Shown piece after piece: positions 56,501 through 64,000 of a DNA stretch of 64,000 nt (positions within the stretch are counted from its first letter, which is position 1; each line of letters begins with the position of its first letter). Origin of the DNA: Rhodospirillales bacterium CG15_BIG_FIL_POST_REV_8_21_14_020_66_15 (lineage in GTDB: Bacteria > Pseudomonadota > Alphaproteobacteria > Rhodospirillales > Casp-alpha2); assembly GCA_002781745.1 (NCBI GenBank), contig PFFW01000154.1, forward strand, positions 6,515-70,514, read 5' to 3'. The notes under the pieces were generated by a model. That model worked only from the letters and a program-made list of their open reading frames with translations, did no database searches and had not been told where the DNA came from. The position numbers were made by a program, and so were the translations under genes.

Positions 56501-58705
56501 ATGACGACGAACCCGACACGGACCATCAATCCGACCCGCCGCGCCTTCGTGACCGGCTCGGCGGCCGCGGCCGCGGGACTGGTGCTGGGCTTCACGGTGC
56601 CGCTCGGCCGCGGCGGCGGCGCGGCGCTGGCCGGCGCCGGACATACGGACGAGATCACCGCCTGGGTCGTGGTACGGCCCGACGAAACCGTGATCATCCG
56701 CATCGCCCGCTCGGAGATGGGGCAGGGCACGCTGACCGGGCTGGCCCAGCTTGTCGCCGAGGAGCTGGCCTGCGACTGGTCCAAGGTCGCCACGGAATAC
56801 GTCCCGCCGTCCCGCAACCTGACGCGCGGCGGCGCGTGGAAAAGCTTCCAGACCACGGGCAGCCGGGGCATCCGCGGTTCCCACGACTACGTGCGCGAAG
56901 GCGGGGCGGCCGCGCGCGAGATGCTGATCGCCGCCGCGGCCCGGGCCTGGGGCGTGCCGGCGGGCGAGTGCCGGGCCGACAAGGGCGTCATCACCCACGG
57001 CCCTTCGGGCAAGACGACGACCTTCGGCAAGGTCTGTGCGGCCGCCGCCGGGCTGCCGGTGCCGGACAAGGTCGCGCTCAAGAACCCCAAGGACTGGACC
57101 ATCGCCGGAAAGCCGCTCAAGCGGCTCGACACCGCCGACAAGCTGACCGGCAAACAGGTCTACGGCATCGACGTCAGGCTCCCCGGGATGCTCAACGCGG
57201 CGATCCGCCAGTACCCCCTGTTCGGCGCCAGGCTCAGATCGTTCGACGCGGCGAAGGCGCTTGCCATGCCCGGCGTGAGGAAGGTCGTCAAGGTGGGCGA
57301 CGACGCCGTCGCCGTGGTCGCCGACACGTGGTGGCAGGCCAAGACGGCGCTCGAGGCCGTCGACGTCGTGTGGGACGAGGGCCCCCACGGCAGGATCGAC
57401 GGCGCCGACATCGCCGCCATGGTCGACGAGGGCCTGGACGCCAAGGACGCCTTCGTCGGCAACAAGGCGGGCGACGCCGCCGGCGCCATCGCCGCATCGG
57501 TCAAGCAGGTGCAGGCGACCTATTCCTATCCGTTCCAGCACCACGCGACCATGGAGCCCATGAACGCGACGGCGCTGTGGACGCCCGAACGCTGCGAGGT
57601 CTGGTGCCCGACCCAGTCGGCCGAGGACGCCCTGGCCGCCGCGGCCTTCGCGGCGGGCCTGACGCCCGACAGATGCGAGATCCACCGCATGCACCTGGGC
57701 GGCGGCTTCGGGCGGCGGGGTGCCGGGCCCATCCACGACTATGTCCATCAGGCGGTGCGCATCGCCAGGGAGATGCCGGGCACGCCGGTGAAGCTTCTGT
57801 GGACGCGCGAGGAGGACATGACCCACGGCGCCTACCATCCGGTGACGCAGTGCCGCCTCACGGCCGGGATCGACGATCAGGGCGGGATCACGGGCCTGCG
57901 CGTGCGCATCTCGGGACAGTCGATCCTGGCGGGCATCATGCCGGGGCGGCTCGCCGGCGGGATGGACCCGGTCGTCTTCCAGTGCCTCGCGCCCAAGGGC
58001 GACCACGCGATCGCCTATTCGTTCCCCAACCTGCTGGTCGACCACGCCATGCGCAACCCGCACCTGCGCCCCGGCTTCTGGCGCGGCGTCAACGCCAACC
58101 AGAACGCCATCTACCTGGAATGCTTCATGGACGAACTGGCCCATGCCGCCGGGCAGGACCCGCTCGCCTTCCGCCTGAAGTACATGAAGGACCATCCGAA
58201 AAGCCGGGCGGTGCTGCAGGCCGTGGCCGACAAGGCGGGATGGGGCAGGCCGGCGGCCAAGGGCGTCCACCGCGGCCTCGCCCAGTGCAAGGCGTTCGCC
58301 AGCTACGTCGCCGCCTGCGCCGAGGTCTCGGTGTCGGACGGCGGCGTGGTGAAGATCCACCGCATCGTCGCCGCCACCGACAGCGGCCACGCCGTCAACC
58401 CGCAGCAGATCGAAGCCCAGGTCGAAGGCTCCTTCGTCTACGGCCTGTCGGCCATGCTGATGGGCGAATGCACGGTCAAGGACGGCCGCGTCGAACAGCG
58501 GAACTTCGACACCTATGAGGTCATGCGCATCAAGGACATGCCCCGGGTGGAAACCATGGTGATGCCGTCGGGCGGCTTCTGGGGCGGGGTCGGCGAGCCG
58601 ACCATCGCCGTCGCCGCGCCGGCCGTCCTCAACGCGATCTTCGCCGCCACCGGCAAGCGCGTCCGCGACTTCCCCTTGAAGCATTCGGGGCTGCGCCTGG
58701 CGTGA
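56501..58705 (+). CDS. iorB: Isoquinoline 1-oxidoreductase beta-like molybdopterin subunit with Tat-like leader
   Basis: TRRAFV leader, RSEMGQG, TTGSRGIR, HATMEPMN, GGGFGRR, GGVGEP. The substrate cannot be inferred. Confidence 0.9.
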   Translation: MTTNPTRTINPTRRAFVTGSAAAAAGLVLGFTVPLGRGGGAALAGAGHTDEITAWVVVRPDETVIIRIARSEMGQGTLTGLAQLVAEELACDWSKVATEYVPPSRNLTRGGAWKSFQTTGSRGIRGSHDYVREGGAAAREMLIAAAARAWGVPAGECRADKGVITHGPSGKTTTFGKVCAAAAGLPVPDKVALKNPKDWTIAGKPLKRLDTADKLTGKQVYGIDVRLPGMLNAAIRQYPLFGARLRSFDAAKALAMPGVRKVVKVGDDAVAVVADTWWQAKTALEAVDVVWDEGPHGRIDGADIAAMVDEGLDAKDAFVGNKAGDAAGAIAASVKQVQATYSYPFQHHATMEPMNATALWTPERCEVWCPTQSAEDALAAAAFAAGLTPDRCEIHRMHLGGGFGRRGAGPIHDYVHQAVRIAREMPGTPVKLLWTREEDMTHGAYHPVTQCRLTAGIDDQGGITGLRVRISGQSILAGIMPGRLAGGMDPVVFQCLAPKGDHAIAYSFPNLLVDHAMRNPHLRPGFWRGVNANQNAIYLECFMDELAHAAGQDPLAFRLKYMKDHPKSRAVLQAVADKAGWGRPAAKGVHRGLAQCKAFASYVAACAEVSVSDGGVVKIHRIVAATDSGHAVNPQQIEAQVEGSFVYGLSAMLMGECTVKDGRVEQRNFDTYEVMRIKDMPRVETMVMPSGGFWGGVGEPTIAVAAPAVLNAIFAATGKRVRDFPLKHSGLRLA

Positions 58706-58723
58706 CGCGCCGACGCGCGGAAG

Positions 58724-58767
58724 ACGAAAAAAGGCGGGACTCGGTAGGTCCCGCCTTTGCTTTTCGT
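58724..58767. terminator. Bidirectional Rho-independent terminator
   Basis: AAAGGCGGGAC/GTCCCGCCTTT 11-bp stem (58730-58758) flanked by ACGAAAA and TTTTCGT. Confidence 0.88.
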
Positions 58768-58778
58768 TCACCGCGCCG

Positions 58779-58840
58779 GATCAGCGCATCCGGTTCTGGC
58801 GGTTCTCGATCAGGTCGTCGACCACCGCCGGGTCGGCCAG
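58779..58840 (-). repeat. 62-bp direct repeat, displaced copy of the acs 3' end
   Basis: Identical to 61764-61825; includes the acs stop codon and encodes [19 protein letters not shown]. Confidence 0.95.
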
Positions 58841-58842
58841 GG

Positions 58843-59346
58843 TCATTTCGTCGACCGGGCCCGCAAGGCGTCGAGAACATCTTGGACAAGGATCTCGGGC
58901 GGCCGTTCGATGTCCAGCGTCAACGCGTCCAGAGGCTCTTCCAAAGTGGCGAACTGACTGTCGAGAAGCGCCGTTGGTATGAAATGCCCTTTCCGCGCCT
59001 CGATGCGCTGGGCAATGGTGCCTCGCCGTCCCTTCAGGTAAACCAGAAAGAACGGCGCGGGACCGAGCGCCGCTCGATAGTCGCGTTTCAACGCGGAACA
59101 AGCGATGACCAATGGTTGCAAAGGGCGTCGGTCGCAGAGTATCTGCGAAATCGTGGCAAGCCATGACCTTCGGTCGTCATCGTCTAGAGGTAATCCGGCA
59201 GCCATCTTGGCAATGTTCCATGGAGGGTGAAAATCGTCGGCGTCTACAAACGTACCGTCCAATGCCGCCGCCAACATGCGTCCCACCGTGGTCTTCCCGG
59301 CTCCGGAAACGCCCATCACGACGACGGGGATATCCGGGAGCATCAC
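58843..59346 (-). CDS. gntK: Gluconokinase
   Basis: VVMGVSGAGKTTVG, DADDFHP, PLDDDDRRSWL, VIACSALKRDYR, GHFIPTALLDSQFATLEEP. Confidence 0.95.
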   Translation of the reverse strand: MMLPDIPVVVMGVSGAGKTTVGRMLAAALDGTFVDADDFHPPWNIAKMAAGLPLDDDDRRSWLATISQILCDRRPLQPLVIACSALKRDYRAALGPAPFFLVYLKGRRGTIAQRIEARKGHFIPTALLDSQFATLEEPLDALTLDIERPPEILVQDVLDALRARSTK

Positions 59347-60743
59347 GATGCGTTCCCGAGCGACGGAACGTGTCCAAGCGTTCCGTCAAGCCGGCGGAAG
59401 CCGTGCTCTCCAAAACGGTCACGAAGCATCTGGACAAATCGGGTCGAAAGGGGCCGGTCTCCGAACCCGTCCAGATAGGCAAGACTCGTGCTCAGTCCGG
59501 GCACGGGAATGCCGGCCGAGATACCGAAAACGGTAAGCTGCCGCAATGCGTCCAATCCTTCCGCCGCGACGGCATCCAGGTACCTCGTTCGCGGATTATC
59601 CGGCGGCGTGGATTCGTCCTGCAGCGCCTGTGCCAGCTCTTCCGTCATGCGGCCCTGGAGGATGCTTCCGGCGCGCCACACACGGACAATGCGACATAGC
59701 GGGAGGGGGGCGCCAAACCGGTCGCCCGTATGGGAGAGCAAGGCAAGCCCCTGTTGGAAGGATGCGGCTGAGACGGCGCTCATGGCGGAAGCGGCCAGGG
59801 AGCCCACATCGCCCACCGCTAGAGACGCGCCGCCCGCGGAGGCCGCTTTCGTGATCGCTCGGCGGCGGAACAGAGCGTTCGCGGAAAAAGTCCGAAAATC
59901 GACGGCGGCTGCAATCGAGGGAACTGCGACACCGGCTTCAGATGCTGCGGTCACGGACCAAGCGCCGGTGCCATTCTGCGCCGCGCGATCGTCGACGGCG
60001 TCAACCAGAAACCCCGTTCCTTCCGGGTCAGGGTAGGCGGCGGCCTCAGCGGCGATCTGCGTGAGAAACCCTGCCGCGGGCGACTGTTCCATTCGTGCGA
60101 AGATTTCGCCGACCTGATTCGCGGCCAATCCACATCCTTGGGTGAGCAGGGCATGGAGGTCAGCCAGGGCCTGCATTACTGCGTATTCGATCCCGTTGTG
60201 CACCATTTTCACGTAGTGTCCGGCCGCCCCGGCGCCGAACCGATCGACGCATGGTTCGCCGTTGAACCGGGCGGCGATGCGCTTGAGCACCGGTCCGGTG
60301 CGGTTCCAGGCGTCCAGCGGCCCGCCCGCCATAAGAGCGGGCCCTCGCCGTGCTCCGGACGGTCCTCCGGATACCCCGAGTCCCATCAAGGCCAATCCGC
60401 TCTCATGCAACAGCGCCTGACGCCGCTCGGTGTCCTGCGGGTGAGAATTCCCCGCGTCGATGACGACGTCGTGTGGTGAAAGATGGGGCGTAAGCGCGGC
60501 GAGGCAGTCATCGACGGGCGTGCCGCTGCGGACCATCAGAAGAATTATACGGTTGGGCTTCAGACCGCGCGCGAGGTCTTCTGCGCCATTCGCGTTTGCA
60601 ATGCCCAGGGCCGTCACTTCGGGCGAGTTGCGGATTTCGGGAGATGGCTCCCAGGCCCGAACGTGGATTCCGTGCGACTGCATCGCGGCTGCCAGGCCCC
60701 GTCCCATGGGCCCCAGGCCGATCAGTCCGATTTCGTCATTCAT
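59343..60743 (-). CDS. gnd: 6-phosphogluconate dehydrogenase (decarboxylating)
   Basis: IGLIGLGPMG, DAGNS, GVSGGPSGARRGP, GHYVKMVHNGIEY, WRAGSIL, QMLRDRFGEHGF. Confidence 0.9.
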   Translation of the reverse strand: MNDEIGLIGLGPMGRGLAAAMQSHGIHVRAWEPSPEIRNSPEVTALGIANANGAEDLARGLKPNRIILLMVRSGTPVDDCLAALTPHLSPHDVVIDAGNSHPQDTERRQALLHESGLALMGLGVSGGPSGARRGPALMAGGPLDAWNRTGPVLKRIAARFNGEPCVDRFGAGAAGHYVKMVHNGIEYAVMQALADLHALLTQGCGLAANQVGEIFARMEQSPAAGFLTQIAAEAAAYPDPEGTGFLVDAVDDRAAQNGTGAWSVTAASEAGVAVPSIAAAVDFRTFSANALFRRRAITKAASAGGASLAVGDVGSLAASAMSAVSAASFQQGLALLSHTGDRFGAPLPLCRIVRVWRAGSILQGRMTEELAQALQDESTPPDNPRTRYLDAVAAEGLDALRQLTVFGISAGIPVPGLSTSLAYLDGFGDRPLSTRFVQMLRDRFGEHGFRRLDGTLGHVPSLGNAS

Positions 60744-60772
60744 GACAGTCTCTGCCCAATCCTACCCCGATC

Positions 60773-61639
60773 CTAGCCGTTGAATCTGTGAGCGGGAAGG
60801 CCGGTCGTGCCTGGCGAGGCTCGGAAGAGGGCTCCGGAAAGAGGCGCCTCGGCGAGAGCGCCCGGGCTCAATCCGATCCGCGCCGACGTAACGAAAAGGT
60901 CTTTAAGTTCAGGGCCGCCGAAAGCGCAGCGGGTCGGTCTCGGAACGGGCATGGGGATAACCTGGTCAATGGTGCCGTCGGGCAGGAAGCGGGTCACCCG
61001 CCAGCCGTCCCAATGCGCGACCCAAAGGCCGCCCTCGGCATCCACGGTGAGCCCATCGGGGAAGCCGTCATCGCTGGAGAACCTTGCAAAACACCTGGGG
61101 TTGGTCGCTGCCGCGAATTCCACATCGTAGTCAAACGCCAAAATTGTCCGTTCAACGCTGTCGGAAAAGTACAGTCGATCTCCACCCGGACTGAATGCCG
61201 GTCCGTTGCAGACCACAAACCTGCCGAACAGGTGGCAAACTTCGCCGCTGGGCTCCAACGCATAGACGTTGCCGGTGGGTTGTCTTTCGCAGTCATCCAT
61301 GGATCCGGCGATGAACCGGCCACCCGGATCGCAATTGCCGTCGTTGAATCTATTGCCCGGCAAGTGGCGTTCGGGGTCGCAGATCGGTGCAAGGCCGCCC
61401 GTCTGGGCGTCGAGATAGGCGAAACCAGCGCGGGTCGCCGCCACAAGGCCGCCATCGCGTCGCAGCGCGACGGCGCCAACCTCCGTCGATAGGGGGATAG
61501 TTCGCCTATCTTCGGTGACGGGCGAAAGAACATGAAGTTTACGACCTTTGACATCGAGCCAGATCAGACATTGATTGCGCTCGTCCCAGATCGGGCCTTC
61601 CCCAAGTTCCGCTTTCGCTTCCCAAACAGGAACGACCAT
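60773..61639 (-). CDS. SMP-30/gluconolactonase family protein
   Basis: ELGEGPIWD, NRFNDGNCDPGGRF, CNGPAFSP, GFPDGLTVDAEG, PTRCAFGG. Confidence 0.93.
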   Translation of the reverse strand: MVVPVWEAKAELGEGPIWDERNQCLIWLDVKGRKLHVLSPVTEDRRTIPLSTEVGAVALRRDGGLVAATRAGFAYLDAQTGGLAPICDPERHLPGNRFNDGNCDPGGRFIAGSMDDCERQPTGNVYALEPSGEVCHLFGRFVVCNGPAFSPGGDRLYFSDSVERTILAFDYDVEFAAATNPRCFARFSSDDGFPDGLTVDAEGGLWVAHWDGWRVTRFLPDGTIDQVIPMPVPRPTRCAFGGPELKDLFVTSARIGLSPGALAEAPLSGALFRASPGTTGLPAHRFNG

Positions 61640-61688
61640 GGATCACAAGCCTGTAAGAGGGGTTCCTGCCTCTGATCGCGAATATCCG

Positions 61689-61726
61689 AAAAGGTACCCG
61701 GCGGACTGAAAAACCCGCCGGGTACC
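61689..61726 (-). terminator. Rho-independent terminator downstream of acs, inside the islet
   Basis: GGTACCCGGCGG/CCGCCGGGTACC perfect 12-bp stem (61693-61726) followed by TTTT on the minus strand. Confidence 0.75.
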
Positions 61727-61763
61727 GAAATCCGTACGTTTCCCAATCCGAAACCGACAGATC

Positions 61764-61825
61764 GATCAGCGCATCCGGTTCTGGCGGTTCTCGATCAGGT
61801 CGTCGACCACCGCCGGGTCGGCCAG
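61764..61825 (-). repeat. 62-bp direct repeat, copy within functional acs
   Basis: Identical to 58779-58840. Confidence 0.95.
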
Positions 61826-63712
61826 CGTCGAGGTGTCGCCCAGGTTGGAGAAGTCGTCCTCGCCGATCTTGCGCAGGATGCGGCGCATGATCTTGCCCGA
61901 CCGCGTCTTGGGCAGGCCCGGCGCCCATTGCAGCCAGTCGGGGCTGGCGATCGGGCCGATCTCCTTGCGCACCCACTGGACGAGTTCCTTGCGCAGGTCG
62001 TCCGACGGCGCCTCGCCGGCGTTGAGGGTCACGTAGGCGTAGATGCCCTGTCCCTTGATGTCGTGCGGCGCGCCGACCACGGCGGCCTCGGCGACCTTGG
62101 GATGGGCGACCAGCGCGCTTTCCACCTCGGCCGTGCCCATTCGGTGGCCCGACACGTTGATGACGTCGTCGACGCGTCCGGTGATCCAGTAGTAGCCGTC
62201 GGCGTCGCGGCGGCAGCCGTCGCCGGTGAAGTACTTGCCCTTGTAGGTCGAGAAGTAGGTGTCCTCGAACCGCTTGTGGTCGCCATAGACGGTGCGCATC
62301 TGGCCGGGCCAGCTGTCGATGATGCAGAGGTTGCCCTCGGCCGCCCCCTCGAGCACCTTGCCGTCGGCGTCGACGATCTGCGGCTCGACGCCGAAGAAGG
62401 GCCGCGTGGCGGACCCGGGCTTCAGCGCCGTGGCGCCCGGCAGCGGCGTGATCAGGATGCCGCCCGTTTCCGTCTGCCACCAGGTATCGACGATCGGGCA
62501 GCGGCCGTCGCCGACCACGTTGTAGTACCATAGCCAGGCTTCCGGGTTGATCGGCTCTCCCACCGTGCCGAGCAGGCGGATCGACTTGCGTGAGGTCTTC
62601 TTCACCGGGCCGTCGCCGTCGCGCATGAGGGCGCGGATCGCCGTCGGCGCGGTGTAGAAGATTTCCACGTTGTGCTTGTCGCAGACCTGCCAGAAGCGCG
62701 AGGTGTCCGGATAGTTGGGCACGCCCTCGAACATCAGCGTGGTCGCGCCGTTGGCGAGCGGACCGTAGACGATGTAGCTGTGGCCGGTGACCCAGCCGAC
62801 GTCGGCCGTGCACCAGAAAATCTCGCCGTCCCTGTAGTCGAACACGTACTGGTGCGTCATGGAGGCGTAGACCAGATAGCCGCCGGTGGTGTGCAGCACG
62901 CCCTTGGGCTGGCCCGTGGAGCCCGAGGTATAGAGGATGAACAGCGGGTCTTCCGCGTTCATCTCCTCGGGCGCGCAGTCGGCGGAGGCGGCCTCGGTGA
63001 CGTCGTGGTACCACACGTCGCGGCCGTCGACCCAGTGGATCGCCCCGCCCGTGCGCTTGACGACGATGACGCTGGTGACCGACGGGCACTTGGCGCAGGC
63101 GGCGTCCGTGTTGGCCTTCAGCGGGATCGGCCGGCCGCCACGCAGGCCCTCGTCGGCGGTGACGACCATGACGCAGTCGGAATCGTGGATGCGCTGGGCC
63201 AGCGAGTCCGGCGAGAACCCGCCGAACACCACCGAATGAATGGCGCCGATGCGCGTGCAGGCCAGCATGGCATAGGCCGCTTCGGGGATCATCGGCATGT
63301 AGATGCACACGCGGTCGCCGCGCTTCACGCCCCGCGCCTTCATGGCGTTGGCCAGGCGGCACACGTGCTCGTGCAGTTCGCGATAGGTGATCTTCTTGTC
63401 GTCCTTGGGGTCGTCGCCTTCCCAGATGATGGCGACCTGGTCGCCCCTGGTCGCCAGGTGACGGTCGATGCAGTTGGCGGACGCGTTCAGGGTGCCGTCC
63501 TCGAACCATTTGATCGACACGCTGCCGTAGTTGAAATCGACGTCCTTGACCTTGGTGTACGGCTTGATCCAGTCGACGCGCTTGCCGTGCTCGCCCCAGA
63601 ACGCCGCCGGGTCGTCGACCGACTGCTTGTACATTTCCAGGTACTGCTCGTTGGTGCACAGCGACGCCTTGGCGACGGCCTCGGGCACCGGAAAGATATG
63701 CTCTTCAGACAT
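61766..63712 (-). CDS. acs: Acetyl-CoA synthetase
   Basis: [66 protein letters not shown]. Confidence 0.97.
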   Translation of the reverse strand: MSEEHIFPVPEAVAKASLCTNEQYLEMYKQSVDDPAAFWGEHGKRVDWIKPYTKVKDVDFNYGSVSIKWFEDGTLNASANCIDRHLATRGDQVAIIWEGDDPKDDKKITYRELHEHVCRLANAMKARGVKRGDRVCIYMPMIPEAAYAMLACTRIGAIHSVVFGGFSPDSLAQRIHDSDCVMVVTADEGLRGGRPIPLKANTDAACAKCPSVTSVIVVKRTGGAIHWVDGRDVWYHDVTEAASADCAPEEMNAEDPLFILYTSGSTGQPKGVLHTTGGYLVYASMTHQYVFDYRDGEIFWCTADVGWVTGHSYIVYGPLANGATTLMFEGVPNYPDTSRFWQVCDKHNVEIFYTAPTAIRALMRDGDGPVKKTSRKSIRLLGTVGEPINPEAWLWYYNVVGDGRCPIVDTWWQTETGGILITPLPGATALKPGSATRPFFGVEPQIVDADGKVLEGAAEGNLCIIDSWPGQMRTVYGDHKRFEDTYFSTYKGKYFTGDGCRRDADGYYWITGRVDDVINVSGHRMGTAEVESALVAHPKVAEAAVVGAPHDIKGQGIYAYVTLNAGEAPSDDLRKELVQWVRKEIGPIASPDWLQWAPGLPKTRSGKIMRRILRKIGEDDFSNLGDTSTLADPAVVDDLIENRQNRMR

Positions 63713-64000
63713 GACGGTAGAAACCTCCCTTTAAATCCATGCGGCGTCCGCCGCCTTGGCGCGTCTGTCCTGCGCCCCACCCGATTACGCCCGCCGCCGC
63801 CCGTCCCGCGCCCCCCGAAACGGGATGCCCTGGACCGCGCCGGCCGCCGTCTCCCCGATCCGGGGCCACTCCCCCGGTTGTCTCCCTTGGGTCTCGAAAG
63901 TATGGCGAAATCCCGCCCGAGAACAAGGTATTGCGCCTTGGAAAACGGCCACGCGGAAGGCTGGATAGGGGAAAATTAGAATTTGTGCAATTGCGAAATA

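Larger units (their letters stand above)
58779..61825. mobile_element. About 3-kb islet inserted at the acs 3' end (att-like duplication, no integrase)
   Basis: Flanking 62-bp exact repeats; cargo visibly richer in A/T than iorB and acs; own terminator at the acs end. Confidence 0.7.

Noticed and set aside
56028-58705. Isoquinoline degradation
   Set aside because: iorAB-like genes are widespread and the substrate cannot be inferred from sequence.
58781-59164. 127-aa ORF ending in the acs C-terminal peptide
   Set aside because: A by-product of the 62-bp duplication that overlaps gntK in another frame; not treated as a gene.
63713-63900. GC-rich, potentially structured acs leader as tRNA or ncRNA
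   Set aside because: No cloverleaf, T-loop or known motif seen, and pairing is expected by chance at this GC content.
61539-63979. 706-aa same-strand and 435-aa antisense ORFs over acs
   Set aside because: Alternate-frame shadows of acs.
1-64000. CRISPR arrays, rRNA/tRNA genes, IS elements, integrases, prophage genes
   Set aside because: No regularly spaced repeats, terminal inverted repeats, DDE or tyrosine-recombinase motifs, or RNA gene signatures were seen by eye.

Overview
High-GC bacterial DNA, most likely alphaproteobacterial (Rhodospirillales-like gene content; inference), in three parts. (1) About 1-47.4 kb is a large surface-glycan locus that runs off the left edge. Its core is a co-oriented, largely translationally coupled minus-strand run of about 27 kb (29886 to 3065). 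The run is headed by a MarR-type regulator and an RfaH-like NusG paralog, which are followed by a hairpin and a near-perfect ops element. It encodes a legionaminic-acid-type pathway with a NeuC-NeuB fusion, PseB/PseC, a carbamoyltransferase, methyltransferases, radical SAM enzymes, an ABC flippase-like exporter, and an ACP/MaoC-SDR/FkbH/AAC(3)-like/DUF4910 acyl-tailoring module. At 31.3-47.4 kb lie more radical SAM enzymes, GT2s, AsnB, several GT-C-like membrane proteins and an O-antigen-ligase-family gene. (2) About 47.5-58.7 kb is ordinary backbone: heparinase II/III-like, rsmB-like, DUF1674, TPR protein, solute-binding protein, ketopantoate-reductase-like protein, ScfR/RamB-type regulator, iorAB-like. 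(3) 58.8-61.8 kb is a 3-gene gluconate islet bracketed by an exact 62-bp duplication of the acs 3' end, followed by acs. I saw no rRNA, tRNA, CRISPR array, transposase or integrase. All family assignments come from motif recognition by eye with no database search, and many start codons were re-picked from the ORF track using RBS and gene-overlap evidence.
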